Assembly (NCBI GenBank): GCA_051294905.1
Contig: CM119371.1
Span: forward strand, 40,550,001-40,614,000
Length of the DNA: 64,000 bases
Direction: 5' to 3'
From: Botryllus schlosseri
Lineage: Eukaryota
Both the position numbers and the translations under genes were made by a program. Below the pieces are notes generated by a model. The model was not told the DNA's origin, searched no databases, and saw only the letters and a list, made by a program, of their open reading frames with translations. Shown piece after piece: positions 63,699 through 64,000 of this stretch (within the stretch, counting starts at the first letter, position 1; every line of letters begins with the position of its first letter).

Positions 63699-64000
63699 TG
63701 TAGCGACCCTGATACGGCGCTGTCGACCTAACAGGGACGTCGTTGTTCTTCGGTTCAGAAACCCTCTCGTCGGCGACCCGCTACCACCAGCATGCCATCA
63801 AGTACACCCAGGAGTATTTACAAATTACGAATTTAATGCCAAGCCACTTAATACAACCAAATACTCCAATCAGTACCTCACAGAGATATACAGGCACTAC
63901 ACTACATTGCAAGTACAAATACACAGTTCACTAGCATTCCTCAGCTTCCTACTACACGACCGCGCGCTCAATAACACGTGCAGCCAGAATCGCAAAGAAC
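63699..64000. mobile_element. Probable start of another LTR
   Basis: Begins TGTAGCGACC exactly where pairing of the fold-back arm stops; the partner LTR is not in the window. Confidence 0.45.

Overview
AT-rich, repeat-dominated animal (probably marine invertebrate) genomic DNA. I can support no host gene. Two unrelated giant fold-back elements dominate the window, both with Polinton/Maverick-type termini (5'-AGTAGT...ACTACT-3'). Element A runs from left of the window to 10650. It has visible inverted arms at 1-3309 and 4231-7549 around a 921-bp spacer, one intact tandem OB-fold (RPA/SSB-like) ORF at 9160-9795, and it interrupts a hAT MITE. Element B (30318-52659) has a perfect 6-bp TSD (TACGTG) and is one near-perfect hairpin with a 33-nt loop and arms filled with satellite-like repeats. 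About 8.9 kb of B appears twice across a 100-N gap, so its collapsed length is about 13.4 kb; A extrapolates to about 13.75 kb. Neither shows pPolB, integrase, ATPase or capsid genes. I infer they are non-autonomous copy-back/snap-back derivatives of Polintons. The rest is nested hAT MITEs with 8-bp TSDs, LINE and SINE remnants, a young pol-less BEL/Pao LTR element (58780-62122) and a 1.5-kb fold-back element cut by a probable LTR start. All family assignments come from reading the sequence; no database searches were run.
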